Below are positions 11,003 to 56,002 of a stretch of DNA of 64,000 nt, one piece after another. The DNA lies in assembly GCA_965235115.1 (NCBI GenBank), contig OZ249436.1:7566001-7630000 (forward strand). Reading direction: 5' to 3'. The translations under genes and the position numbers were made by a program. Under the pieces are notes generated by a model. It had not been told where the DNA came from. It saw nothing but the letters and a program-made list of their open reading frames with translations, and searched no databases. Every line of letters begins with the position of its first letter. Position 1 is the stretch's first letter. This DNA comes from Laetmonice hystrix. Lineage: Eukaryota.

Positions 11003-13541
11003 ATTAGTCAATCTGTAGACTTGAAGGAGAAAATTAGAGAAATTTTTAACGCGTTTTGGTGTTTCAAAAAATCTTTATTAAAATAGTATGTACATTCATA
11101 AAAATATACAATAATGTAATGTGTCATTCTACAAAATCGTTAACTGCATATTTTGGGTGAACCCGCACATAACCAGTAACGTTTACATTCAGTCATGCTA
11201 GTCGAAATGCTTATATAACTTTACGATGAAGTATAGGGCTGGGATATAACAATAATAGCGAGTATTGACAGCTCTATAATGTTGACGAGGTTGTCATGAC
11301 GACAATGCCATGGCTACCAGCACGTGTATATATGTGGGTTGGCAATGTTATCTCCCCCGGCAGGAGAGTCTGGACGCTGCGTCTGTGGATGTATTATGCT
11401 TGTCTCAGCAGCCTCGACCATGTGCTTAATGCCGACTGAAAGACTCGGAATAAATGGATATCCAGCTACCAGTGGTCTTTGGTGGAGCATCTTGTATACA
11501 GCAAGAGCCGGGCATTTGAACGAACAACAATAACCTATAACAGTTAGCGTATTCACAGTATAATACACTACATAGACATTTGTCAAATATCAGTATAACA
11601 GTAATATAATAATCTGTAAACCGTCCAACCGTAACAATCAGGCGCAATTATACATATGGGTGAGGGGGGGGGGGGGAGGGGATTTTTTTGTTTGGACCTA
11701 TTTCTCAACATTTTAAAACCTGACAATTGGGGAAATACCTAAGAACAAACAACATGATTTATTCAGTCAACATGTTATATCATTAGACTCTATGAACTGC
11801 AGGAAGGGTTATCACGTGTTAGATGAGCTCACTACAGACGCGCCAATCATACAATATAAAAAGGACGTCATTTTGACGTCCATTCCAGATCAACCAAGCC
11901 CAACAACTTGGTCCTATAGAAACGGACAGGGTAGAAATCGTCTGGTAATAGTAGTCATGGAAACCCAGGCAAGGTAATGGTCGCCTTTGTTGTGTGTTAT
12001 CACAGATATACCGATGGAACCTGTGTAATGTGGGCTGCGTTTTGTGCGATGGAAGGCGCCGGGATGATGTGCGCCATTAATACTGCAGCTGTCTTCAACC
12101 TGACCATTCACTAAGACCGCTGTGTTCGGTCTCACAATAAGATCTTCGCCGAATGCTCTTGCCATCCTCACCCCTCCGTGAGGGGCCACCAGCTAACTCA
12201 CGAGATACATGCGATATGTTTGTCACTGCTGAAGAAGCACCAGCCTTACGTCAGTCAGACAACCTCTTGAACAAAAAATCACTTCAATCCATTTTTATTC
12301 ACGATTGGTCGTTATATAGTAGTCTCAGTTTCAGACACTTCATATTTTCCTTTTGCTGACAGAAGTAAAGCTCGTGGTCCTTCAGGAATTTTACAAGAAG
12401 TCCAACGTCCTTAATCCTTACATGTATTTGCATGTTGTAGGAGAAACTGCAGTTTCTTCAGTATTGGTATTAATGGTGATCCACCCGAGAGCTTCCGATA
12501 AACTGTCCGCTGAACTAAGAATCTTTTTCTGGTATCAAATGGCGGTGAGATATATAATAACATCAACCTGTGATTATTACAAATATCTGGGTAACTGAGT
12601 ACCGAGTCCTTTTTTGAAGGTTAGTGACTCAACTTTTTGGCCTCGGAGTAACTGTAACATTCAACAATTAGTTTCCACAGATTCACCATTCCAAATGATT
12701 GGGTCATGAACGCTCTCAGCACAATACTTTTCCTTCCTCGTCGATTTTATGGCACAAGGAGTGATTGTAAAGTCGTTTCTCTACGACTGTGCAAGTGATT
12801 GTAATATTTGCCATCAAATACTGGCCAACATATGGTAGAGATTCAAGGTCGTTTTCATTTATTATACATGTAGCGGTAGAAAACACGTATTATATAAATA
12901 CGTGCTTATGCTTTGGATGTTATGCTGCATTGGACGTGAGGAATGCTTCCAGTAATGAATGGTGATGATAATACTCGCTGGTGTTGGCAGCAATACATGG
13001 AAGGCACCGACTAAACGATGATACAGTTCGGACGGTGGTCCTTCTACTGTGGCCCAAATGAACAACCCCGTACTGCCCTGTACCACGCAGGAGGTTTCTG
13101 AGTTCGCGGATAGTTGTAGATTGTGAGTAAGTGCGTATTCACATATCTTTGTACTGCTGCCTTGTTGAAACGCACGACTATAAGCTATCCTGTGCAGTTC
13201 GGGGCAGACTTTACACAGGTGAAAATACTAGTCCCCCTATCGATTTGTACAGGGCAGAGTTCAAATAAAAGGGCAACAATAATTGTTGATTTCAGCCACA
13301 GCATATTTGCAAACGATTTGCAATGGTTGACATGTGTTGAACACAGCAGGTATGACGATTGTATCACATAATCACATGTTGGTTATTGGTCGTGGTGACC
13401 CTGACCAGCAGCATTGCCTTCACTTAGGTCTACGTGCGTGTTGTAACGGGTATGATGGAAACGTTGGTCAGTGTTGATTTAGCACCTTCTCACACCGTCA
13501 AAATGGCCATTGGAGATGGGAGTGGCAAGTCGGCAGGCTCA

Positions 13542-45259
<31,718 letters not shown>

Positions 45260-45276
45260 GATTGTGACTGTCTTCT

Positions 45277-45441
45277 TTAGCAGGTTGGCGGAGCAGCAGC
45301 AGCCGCGGCGGCAGCTGCAGCAGCAGGACCAGCAGCGCCAGCAGCGGTTCCCTCGTCTGGGGCGGCCCGATGGCCGGCTGGCTGGCTGACCCGGAGGACT
45401 GGCCGTTTAGCTGGCACGCTCCTACGGTACACTTGGTCCAT
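45277..45441 (-). CDS. Putative 54-aa upstream ORF with poly-Ala tract in the calpain leader
   Basis: ATG at 45441, TAA at 45279-45277; MDQVYRRSVPAKRPVLRVSQPAGHRAAPDEGTAAGAAGPAAAAAAAAAAAPPTC*; ends 17 nt before the calpain ATG in another frame. Confidence 0.3.
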   Translation of the reverse strand: MDQVYRRSVPAKRPVLRVSQPAGHRAAPDEGTAAGAAGPAAAAAAAAAAAPPTC

Positions 45442-47106
45442 TCACTCCCCTGAGGTCCATTCCCTGCAACCCACTAACCTCTCAGTTGGACACTCCGATC
45501 GTTGTCACCAGTAAGGTCCGTCCTCCTGCAGGTGACAGCGGCCGAGGTCCTCCGAGCCTGTAGTATGTGAACAAGGCAAGCCAGCCTCGATATGCATCCT
45601 CCTGTAAGCCCCGCCCGCTCCGACCTTACACTACCGGCGGCGAGCACAACTACCGGCGGCCTGGCTGGCGTCGACGGCCGGTGTCGATTGGACACAAGCT
45701 GGGGTGCGGCCTGGCCGCTTCCTGCCGGCTGACGCTGAATAGCAAACGCTCAGCGTTCTAGCCGGTAGCTATATGAAACACCTCAGAGGGACGTCTACCC
45801 CAGTTATTCACAGCGCCAAGGATTCAAATTCAATCCCATCCCGACTGCTAGAACGCGGTGGGTGGCGGGTCCCTGTTGCAGGGCAGCAATATTTCGCATA
45901 CGCCCACTCTGGTGACAGACTGCAATGTGGGTGGCAGTCATCACTTTGAGCGTCTCGACGGCATAGATTCGAGCACAAATGTACACAAAATAATATCTAG
46001 GTCGATGTTTCGGTTGGGTAGGCTCTGTATATACTGTAACACAAAATATAGGCCTATATATGTGCCGTCCTTGTAGGTGATCGAGTGTAAGGCCAGGTTC
46101 ACACAGGAATTACCCCGGGTAATACCCGGTTCAGTGGTGGTGAGCTGTGTGTAAACGCGCTTAGTCCGGTGTAACGATTTCAAGTTCCCCCTCATTCAAG
46201 TCCCCCCCCCCCCAACTTGAAAACGTTTTTAAATTCCCTCCCAGGAATTTTAACACGTTTTCAAATTCCCGGGAAGGATTTAAAAATCGTTTTCTCCCCC
46301 CCCCCCCCATTTTCAAATTTCCCCATCCAGGAATCTCCCCCCCCCCCCTCGATTCCTTGACCCCTACTCAACCCCCTTGATTCTCCCTGATAGAACACTG
46401 AGCTCTGGGCCCATGTGACGTCACGCACCCGTTCCCCTGGCAGAGCACACAGCCTGGCAGCCTTAGACTATAGCGATAATAGAAGCCCACAATTTGTTTT
46501 ATAAATGATTACACATGCCTGAAACTTGTCATACGGCTCACAATATCATGATCTCTCCGCCTGAGGATGTGAATACGTTACATTTTCTATCACTTTAACT
46601 TCCTTGGGGAAGGAAAGTTAAATCGTCGCTCCAATATATGCGACATAGCAACACATGGACAGCCCTGGAGAACCTGACCTTAGACTGAACTAACCATGCA
46701 TGACGAGTATAACTCAGTCTACCGTTAAGGTGCCCCAGGTCACGTCAAGGTTTTTATAGTTTAAGCAGGACTCCGGGGTCAAAGGTCAAAGGCTTCGTGA
46801 AACAGACACCAGTGATGTCCTTTGGCAGTTTTCGCTATAAAGGATCGAGCCAAGACCACCATACGCATAGGCCCTATACATAGGTCATGTCATCATTCTA
46901 GAGTGCGTCAGGCACTATTGCTTTACTACAGCACCTTCTGTTTACTATACAGCCTTCTCCCTACATGACAACATGTTGGGAATTGATCACTAGACAGTGT
47001 CCTCTCTGTGACTCGATCCCTACGTACGGCCGGGTCACAAGCGTGACAAAAACCGAGGGAGCCAATATTTATACACCAATGCATGCTGTCTGTGTGCGGT
47101 CTATAA

Positions 47107-47372
47107 CCCCCCGGCCCCCCGGCCCCGGCCCCGGCCCCCCGGCCCCCCGCCCCCCCGGCCCCCCGGCCCCCCGGCCCCCCGGCCCCCCGGCCCCCCGGCC
47201 CCCCGGCCCCCCGGCCCCCGGCCCCCCGGCCGCCCGGCCCCCGGCCCCCCGGCCCCCGGCCCAGTGACCCACCGGCAGTCAGACCCCACTCAGGCCGGCC
47301 CCCCGCCTCCGGCCCCCGGCCCCCGCCCCCGGCCCCCGGCCCCCGGCCCCCAGCCCGCGGCCCCCGGCCCCG
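47107..47372. repeat. GC-only (GGCCCCCC)n low-complexity repeat
   Basis: Direct inspection; G-runs on the minus strand. Confidence 0.92.
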
Positions 47373-48367
47373 GTATACGGCCACCCGCAGTCAGAACCCG
47401 CTCAGCCCGCCGGCCCATCCCCGCAGGTGTCCTCTTGTTTGTTTTCCCATCAAATGATCTTCAGACGGACGTTCGCATAGAGGGAAACGTGTGCAGGACA
47501 AAATGACGTGTAGGCCTATAGATCAACCGTGAACGCTTCAACCTTGTTTATGTTATAGATATAGAAACGAGTTTGGAGGTTCCCGCGGATTTTGTTTGAA
47601 ACAGCAGGAAGATGCTGTTAAACTAATTAACCAAGCAGATTTTATTTCGATGATCCCATATACTGTTTGCTTCGCGTGTGTTTTAATGTCGCGATTTTCA
47701 CGTTTTTAACACACAAAAAAAAAACACCGTGAAATCAAGAAACGCCAAATGAGCGTGCACTTGGAACTAAAGTCACGGCGTATGCCACTGCCTAAACGCC
47801 AATTGAAGAAATGCCAAACCAGCCCAAAATGAAAAAAAAACGCGAAATTTTATTCACGTCAAATTAAAGTGATTTCGAGTATGCTGGATAGGCCGAATGA
47901 AGTATATTCGCCTGTATATAGAGTTAGTGCACGTATGTCACAATGTATGAAATAGGCCTACATTGTATACGTATAATTATGATGTAAGTTCATGCACTAA
48001 CGTAACGGGATACAATGAGGGACACATATCCCACATAATCCGTCTGTATGCAGAAAACGAATGAATCATAACATGAAGTAGGCCTACTTTTGTCCCATTA
48101 TACCATGATGGGAAACAAACTATAAACAAAATACAAGTAACCGCCACTATAATGTGGAACATGGTGCATGCTCGCTTGGTTTGAAAAAAATTGCGGTCTC
48201 TTTCATGTGTACTACAGATGAGCACGGCTCCATCCATGGTTTGATATCTATATAGACGGTTTGTTCGCCAGATGTCACTATCAAGCACCTGTCTGCCAAG
48301 CCATGTCTCCCTCCCACCCCACTGGTGATCTCCAGCCCAGATGGCACTACAGTCTGGCCACGCTAAG

Positions 48368-48817
48368 TGGTGGCCTGGTGGTGGAGTGGTGGCCTGGTGG
48401 TGATGGGGTGGTGGCCTGGTGGTGGTGGAGTGGTGGCCTGGTGGTGGTGTGGTGGCCTGGTGGTGGTGTAGTGGTGGCCTGGTGGTGGTGTAGTGGTGGC
48501 CTGGTAGTAGTGTAGTGGTGGCCTGGTGGTGGTGTTGTGGTGGCCTGGTGGTGGTGTAGTGGTGGCCTGGTGGTGGTGGTGGAGTGGTGGTGGTGGAGTG
48601 GTGGCCTGGTGGTGGAGTGGTGGCCTGGTGGTGGTGTAGTGGTGGCCTGGTGGTGGTGGTGGAGTGGTGGTGGTGGAGTGGTGGCCTGGTAGTAGTGTAG
48701 TGGTGGCCTGGTGGTGGTGTAGTGGTGGCCTGGTGGTGGTGGAGTGGTGGCCTGGCGGTGGTGGAGTGGTGGCCTGGTGGTGGTGGAGTGGTGGCCTGGT
48801 GGTGGTGTAGTGGTGGT
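48368..48817. repeat. (GTGGTGGCCTGGTGGTGGTGTA)n-type repeat
   Basis: Direct inspection. Confidence 0.92.
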
Positions 48818-49921
48818 TTTACCGACTTTTTAGGGATTGTTTTTTTTTTTTATTATAATATTATTTTGGTAGCATGCACGGTGATGGTGACGACGGCGGC
48901 GATGATGCTGATACGGAAGAACCCCGCCCACCGGATCGACGCCTACTCTTATTGATAAAGGGGGGTGGGGCGGGGGGACTCGAGAACTGCTGGTTGATGC
49001 GGATTAACACAACCATCGTTTACACACCCACTGGGCCACCCACATCCCTGATACAATCAGACCATGATGTGGTACATCCAACACAATAATGACCCACAAT
49101 ACTGCACGTTTTGAGAGACATCATACGAATCCATTGGACAGAGTTGGTGTAATAACTAACACGATTAATTCAAAAAGCTCTAGAATCTATGGTAGAAAGA
49201 GAAAAATTGACGCCAAAAGAGGGGGGGGGGGGTCCTGACCCCAGGATCCGCTACTGAAGTGGTGCCAAAAAAATCCGAAATCTTCAAATCAAACAAATCT
49301 ATATTGTGATGATATTTGGTGCCGAAAGAAGAAGGTTCAACTTTGCGTCTTCATAATCACGTGTGCCCCCTACCGGAAGAAAGTCCAAGCTACCAAGCTA
49401 GTAGGCCTATTTTGTTTAAGCATATTGCGCCAAACTGCTATTAGGCCTATATGTTTGAGCGAAAGCTCACAAACATGAACAAAATGCTTCACGTATACGC
49501 AGATCGGGGGATGTATATAATATACTTTGACTGAATAGGTTATTACTGTGAATTACCGGAAACATCTGAGTGGACAAAGGAGACACTTCCCACCAGGTGG
49601 AGCCAGTGTGTTAGCGTGCATGCACTTGATCGTCGCCAACACTCTCACCTCCAGACCTACATGTCACTAATAAGTGCTATAAAATAGACCCTATAATAAT
49701 ATAGACGCCAGAAAACCTGCTAAAACCTGTTCCATGCATTTACAACCCATTACGCATTGATTTCACGTATTCCTAACAGAGTCTGCTACCAAAACTCTGT
49801 CCTTGTCGATAGACGAGCCTAATAGACATGCCAAGACGACCATACCGCAGTTCGCAATTAGATCTTCTTTTACACTCCCCCACGGCGCGGCCTTTAAAAC
49901 TATCTTATTTTGACGGGGTTG

Positions 49922-50083
49922 TTTCCCTCTGCATTCTGACAAGTTTTTTCATTTCCCTCTGCATTCTGACAAGGTTGTTCCTTTTTCTCTGCATTCTGAC
50001 AAGGTTGTTCATTTCTCTCTGCATTCTGACAAGGTTGTTTATTCCCCTCTGCATTCTGACAAGTTTGTTCATTTCTCTCTGCA
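49922..50083. repeat. 30-bp x~5.5 repeat
   Basis: TTTCCCTCTGCATTCTGACAAGGTTGTTCA. Confidence 0.9.
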
Positions 50084-50326
50084 CCTTACCTGTATTTCTA
50101 ATCGGAGTGGATAAAGGCGACACTTCCCACCAGGTGGAGCCAGTGTATTAGCGTGCAGTGCTCTGAACTTGCCTGGTCGTCGCCAACACTGCTTCCACAC
50201 TCTAGGCCAACATAATGCCCGTATGTCATTAAGGCCCCACCGCGCGGCCTTTAGCACTGCCGCACTCTGACAGGGTTACATTTTTTTTGTATTACCCCCC
50301 GCATTGACCGCGAAGCCCCCCCCCCC

Positions 50327-50802
50327 ACCATTGGATCCGCGCCTGCCCTGTAACCCCCACCCCCACCATTGGATCCGCGCCTGCCCTGTAACCCCCACCC
50401 CCCCACCATTGGATCCGCGCCTGCCCTGTAACCCCCCCCCCCATTGGATCCGCGCCTGCCCTGTAACCCCCACCCCCACCATTGGATCCGCGCCTGCCCT
50501 GTAACCCCTACCCCCACCCTTGGATCCGCGCCTGCCCTGTAACCCCACCCCCACTCTTGGATCCGCGCCTGCCCTGCAACCCCCCCCCCCCACCATTGGA
50601 TCCGCGCCTGCCCTGTAACCCCCCCCCCCATTGGATCCGCGCCTGCCCTGTAACCCCCACCCCCACCATTGGATCCGCGCCTGCCCTGTAACCCCACCCC
50701 CACTCTTGGATCCGCGCCTGCCCTGTAACCAAACCCCCACCCTTGGATCCGCGCCTGCCCTGTAACCAAACCCCCACCCTTGGATCCGCGCCTGCCCTGT
50801 AA
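50327..50802. repeat. About 34-bp x14 array
   Basis: Invariant TTGGATCCGCGCCTGCCCTGTAAC followed by a variable C-run. Confidence 0.92.
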
Positions 50803-51113
50803 TGAAAGGAGATATGGTCGATATGTTGGAGCGGGCGATACAGCGATAGTATCAATGGTTTGGGCGAACACTCGCTGCCTTGTTCTCACGGACTGGGAGC
50901 GCGTGACAAAGCCCGGAGGAATCGTCCAGAGATAAATTCTAATCACTAATGGGCTCCTATCGTAGTATAAAGCTGGCGTATCCGCTCGCAATATTCCTTC
51001 GCCGTTATTTTAGCGTCTCTTAATTTACCAATTACAGTCGATCGTATACCGAATACAGGCGCGTATTAGGGGCCGAGCTTTCATACTGAGGTAGGCCTAT
51101 TCAGCAGGGAAAC

Positions 51114-51213
51114 GGGGGTGCCTTTTTTCATCATATCGTTAGCTTGTATGCATTTTCAATGGGAATTTTAACGCACGACAGGATAACGAAAGATGAGAAA
51201 CAACTCGCCCCTG
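51114..51213. mobile_element. MITE-like palindromic element, copy 2
   Basis: Shares TCGTTAGCTTGT and TTTTAACGCACGACAGGATAACGA with 19219-19331. Confidence 0.6.
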
Positions 51214-51239
51214 AAGGCGAGTTCCTGCAGCTGGTAGAC

Positions 51240-51703
51240 CATGGCCGTATTTAGGGGGGGGGGGGGCTGAGGGGGCTGCAGCCCCCCCCCCCAACCAAAA
51301 TCAAGTCAATTTTTTGTTCCTCTTGTATCAGTGAATGTTTGTATGACGAGGAGAATCCAAAATATACGCTGGTACATAACAGTCCAGCTTTAACCCAGCA
51401 GGTCTAGGCCTAAAAGTGTAAGCTAATCATGGGAAGCACCATGCCTCTCTTGAAATGCTTAATAGGGGGGCCCGGGGGGGCCTAAACCCCGCTAGGTGAG
51501 TTCACCAGGCATTGACAAATTAGTCATTTTCTGTCCCAGGTGCCGGGAAATCGCATCTCCGGGCTTCCTAATTTCAAAATTTTCTGGGGGAGTACCCCCC
51601 GACCCCCTCCTTTTCGTTTACTCGCGTCTGCGGCGCTCGATGATGCGCGCCTACGGCGCTTGTCAGCCCCCCCCCCCCTGAAACAATCCTGGCTACGGCC
51701 CTG
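51240..51703. mobile_element. Non-autonomous CA...TG element with 5-bp TSD (hAT5-like, tentative)
   Basis: Ends CATGGCCGTA / TACGGCCCTG; TAGAC at 51235-51239 and 51704-51708; poly-G/poly-C hairpins inside. Confidence 0.65.
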
Positions 51704-51833
51704 TAGACGGCGACGCAACTTTTTTGTTGGAGCGTTTTATTTCGAAAAGGAATTTGGGAATAACCCTATAGGCCTATATGCCACCATAAACACAATTTTT
51801 GCTGGACCCATTCCATTTTCCGGGCATGGTGTA

Positions 51834-52229
51834 TCAAACTGCAAGGTTTGTCATGGAGACATCGAAGAGTGCTGCGCCTCCTACTGTGGGTTCCATGTAC
51901 TGGTCACAAGTGGTTGCGTTTGGGACGGCGTCCAGGTACAGTGTCGCCGTGACGTATATCAAACTAGATGACACAGACAATAGCGGGAGCATCTCGCCAT
52001 ACGCGCCGGTAAACTTACAGGCCAGCGGACTGGCGCATGCTGTGTGCTGGAGAGTGCTGCTGTCAAGGCAAACTTCATGGTGCACATGGTAGGACATAGA
52101 CGGGGTGAGGACATCATGACAGGTGTAACTGGGACAGTCTGGCGGCTGTGACACTGACAGTCTCCGCAAGACTTCACTCACACTGCCGCTATTGTCATGA
52201 CGGGGTTCTGTGCGAGGGTCGACGACTGC
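51834..52229 (-). CDS. Putative terminal exon of an uncharacterised spliced gene
   Basis: CCTTTATTGTAG|GCA acceptor, then 131 open codons (AVVDPRTEPRHDNSGSVSEVLRR...FDVSMTNLAV*); exon-like segments upstream at about 52995-52913 and 52745-52500; no recognisable domain. Confidence 0.35.
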   Translation of the reverse strand, partial: AVVDPRTEPRHDNSGSVSEVLRRLSVSQPPDCPSYTCHDVLTPSMSYHVHHEVCLDSSTLQHTACASPLACKFTGAYGEMLPLLSVSSSLIYVTATLYLDAVPNATTCDQYMEPTVGGAALFDVSMTNLAV

Positions 52230-53338
52230 CTACAATAAAGGTTAACCGTGACTGTCCATTTGATAAACTTCTGATCTCGAGGTTGAGGTTATTTGAGACG
52301 TCACCACACCTGTGTAATCTGACTAACCGAGGGATCTCCCGGGCGACCTAGGGCCGACATCTATCGGCCTCCTATGTAGGTATATACACCCTCGTGGGCA
52401 GGACCAGCCCTACTGTGCCTAGGGTAAAACTTAACTTGGATGAGCCGAGCGAACACCTGGATCGAGCCGGTCTGACGGAATATCAGGGACTACGGTTACG
52501 TCTGCAATTCCCCGGCCAAAGGGGACAAGGAGTAGGATTAGGGACCTGCGCGCCGGAGTCGGTTGGTCGTCGCTGCGAACCTCCCGGTTGATGGTCGGCC
52601 TGCCGTGATCGGTCGCGAGGAAGGTAGGTGAGACTCTTGAGTGACTCCAGTCGGCCCTGTGCCAGGAGACGTAGCCAGGAGGGGGAGCGATAGGCGCCGA
52701 GACGGCCCGGGCCTGCCTGCCTGGTGGGTCTGGGGTCCTTGTCAGCTGGGAGATCAGATGGCAGGATCAGATATAGTTACTCGGTAATCCGGGAAAAAAC
52801 GATGACCAGCCCGCAGGCAGCTGACACAGCGTGCCCTGTGTATACGTGGTCCTCGCACTGTGCCATCATCATGCATGCCTCTGTACCCGTATGCCCTGTG
52901 GGCCAAACTTACCTTGCGACCAAGGCTGTGAGTGTGATTTGGGATTCATTAATTTTGCTAAAGCACACGGTATAGTTTCACGAGTCGCTATCTGCCTGCA
53001 GATATAGGCCCTACATCAGCGTATCTTTTTCAGTTTCTATAGAAACGAACCCAATCTGTTGGGTCGGATCGAGTTGGCACCAGGGGTCTTCTGATGTGTG
53101 TCCACTTTGAAAGTTAGGAGTTAGATACAGCTAGGGGTCTGAACCCGTCTCTCAATTTAGTTTTAGAATTGACGTTTTTTCTGCGTCACTTCCAGTGCGT
53201 CCCGGTATACGGATCTGGAATTAGCGATTTCCTAAAAATACTGGTCTGTGTTTCATCCCAATCGGTCAAACCTTACAGGAATTACATGCAGATGAATAAA
53301 TAAAAGTAAATAAATTATTTATATTAATCTTCTGCCAT

Positions 53339-54132
53339 TTAGAGGCCCAACTTTGCTTGACAGAAAATTATATAATTCAGGAACGGATGACCCAGTTGTT
53401 CTTGAATGAAGACTGTTGGAAACCCGTGGCTTATATCGGGTGGGTAAAAACAAAACTTATCAAACTGTGACTTCAATATTTCAAAAACCGTACGCCACAA
53501 GCACAAGCTGAAATACATGTACCTCGATGTTCTTAAAGCGGTATCGTTAGTATCTTCGGGAATAAAACACTTACCTGTCCCCTATAGCCACCTATTGACA
53601 TATAATGAAGACACACTGTTACTGCAATATACTGCAGTATGATGATTTTTGTTAACTAAAACTCGGACCGAAGCTAAAACATGATAATTAGCAGGAGTTT
53701 GAATTTGCCTCCGCTCTCCGAAAGGGGCGCTGCAAATGACGTCGAACATGTAAATATGCCTCCGAGGGACGAAAGTCGATGTACGCAACAGAATCAGCTA
53801 AAAAGCTGAGAAAGAATGAGTTGGACAGAAGACCTGAAAGTGCTCGTGGCATTGAAATAGATCGGTGGATGGCCTTGAAACCCCACGCTCCGACTAGTCC
53901 GAGCGTCACCTGAGACTGTGAGAGTGACTGAAACTCGCCGCTGTTATACGGTTATCCACAATGGCCAAGCGGTTCGAAGGTAGAGCGTTAGATTGCAACG
54001 GAGCCAGCTGAGCGTTCTGACATTACATTTGGTTGGTCTCACTTCAATTTATTTGAGTTTTACATGTGACACTAAGCTGATTTATATGGCAGGGTGTCGA
54101 TATTACAGGTTTTAAAAACAGTGGACCTTTAA
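53339..54132. mobile_element. Possible Kolobok-like non-autonomous element
   Basis: Degenerate inverted ends TTAGAGGCCCA / TGGACCTTTAA with TTAA-like flanks. Confidence 0.3.
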
Positions 54133-55853
54133 TATCTAGTAAAATGTTCAAGTTGATATCTCAAATAGTCATTACCTGAGACCAAAAGTAAAATTGTGTC
54201 TCAAAGATTGCTGTTCCAGACTTATCTAACAGGTGGTCAGTCGGACACACTTTTAATTTTGGTATCATGTCAGGACAATTTGAGATATCCATTTGAACAT
54301 TTCAACAGGTGTTAAGAATAATAAGGCGTGTACCCCTGTAAGCACCTTGTTCTCAGAAACGTGACATAGGGTTTTTGAAATATATACCGTTAAAGTTCGA
54401 CAAGTTTCTTTTATGCCCACCGTATAATTAATAAGCTCACACCCGTGAAAGGTCTGTAAGAGTGATATGCATTTATTTTGGAGTCGGGACACGCTATAGA
54501 ATACTGATACAGAATCACCAGTTAGAGACGTCCCCCTTGTTTGTATTCTACGGATCTATATATAGTGACTCGAATATATTGCCTGACTTCCAGACTACCC
54601 CCTCCCTGTATTTTACCCCCTCCCGCCTCCTCTCACCCGCCCCAGACATCAGCTCAATCTTTACTACTACTGCCCAGACTCCGCTGGTGTAGATCAAGTT
54701 TCAAAACATGAAAAGATGTACACTAAACGGTCTCTTCACTCTCCGACGGATGAGTCAAGCTGCAAGAATGATTTCTGGTACATCAGGCAGAGGTAGTGTG
54801 ATTATCTCATCCACGTCTAGTTGTACCCACATGTGTATCCATGAAGGGACCGAAGAATCCCGTTAGCAGGTCCCGCAAGCAAAGTATATCATTACAACAG
54901 CCCGTTCCCGCTTCACACACCTGTAGGGAATGAATGAAATGCATTTCAAGTATGTAGGCCGAGATAATTGGACATAGAGTTTACTGTCTACCACTTCAAC
55001 CAGCCACTGTTTTTAACTGCTTGTCCGGTTGCGCTTGAGGGAATTATCTTTAAAAGGCTGGATTTTATTACGTTACTTTTTAACTGAGGTTCTACGCTTT
55101 ACACTCCAACAGGTCGGTGGCGTAATTCTCACAGTGATTTAACTACAGGACCTTGTGTCAGTCATGACAAGCTGAGAAAGGCTCTGTGCATTCTTCTCGG
55201 TTCTGGAATCAGGAAAGAAACATTAGCAAACACTAGCAGTTCTCTAAAATAGACCATGGAAACATGCCTCCCCTCGTAATCAAGTTATGTCAAAACATCA
55301 AATTCCACACGCCAAAACTATTCGGCTATTGAGGGAACGCTGACAAGGAGTTGTTTTTAGAAGAATGTTAGGAATTTATAAAGGGCAAAGGTTTGCAGCG
55401 AAAGGAAACGATGGTTTAAAAAAAGTATTTTGACAATAAAACGACACTTAGTCTGCGGTCATAATGTCGTCCTCTGTGCTCAAGAAACTATCACCAGGGT
55501 CCCGAATTGTCCGAGCTCGTGTGTCCTAACCTCAACCGGCTGGAAATGCTATGATTACAGTCTGTCCGCGTTAACTGGAGCCCGGGGCGGGGTCTCATTA
55601 ACGGCGGGGGTTGGCCCAGTGCTGACGTAACCCAATACCGGCCAATGGAGGACGGGAGGAGCCCGTCATTCAAACCAGGGTGTACAGGTTCAGTGACAGT
55701 GGCCGGCAGTTGGCTACCTGTGGTCAAACCATGTGCTGCCCCCCCCCCCTACACGTGCATGGGTATAGTCTCCAGCACAAAGCTCACCTATTGGCTGGCA
55801 GCCGACAGTCAAAGCTGACCTTGCATATCATGAATATACATTGGGCTCAAGTT

Positions 55854-56002
55854 AGCGCGGACAGACTGTAGTTGAAGGTCATAGCGGGGACAGACTGTAG
55901 TTGAAGGTCATAGCGGGGACAGACTGTAGTTGAAGGTCATAGCGCGGACAGACTGTAGTTGAAGGTCATAGCGCGGACAGACTGTAGTTGAAGGTCATAG
56001 CG
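55854..56002. repeat. 29-bp x5 repeat
   Basis: AGCGCGGACAGACTGTAGTTGAAGGTCAT. Confidence 0.9.

Noticed and set aside
46926..47506. Gly-rich and Pro-rich collagen-like ORFs
   Set aside because: Arise from a GC-only repeat open in all frames
50327..50802. Constant repeat with variable spacers resembling CRISPR
   Set aside because: Spacers are only short C-runs of variable length; eukaryotic context; no cas genes
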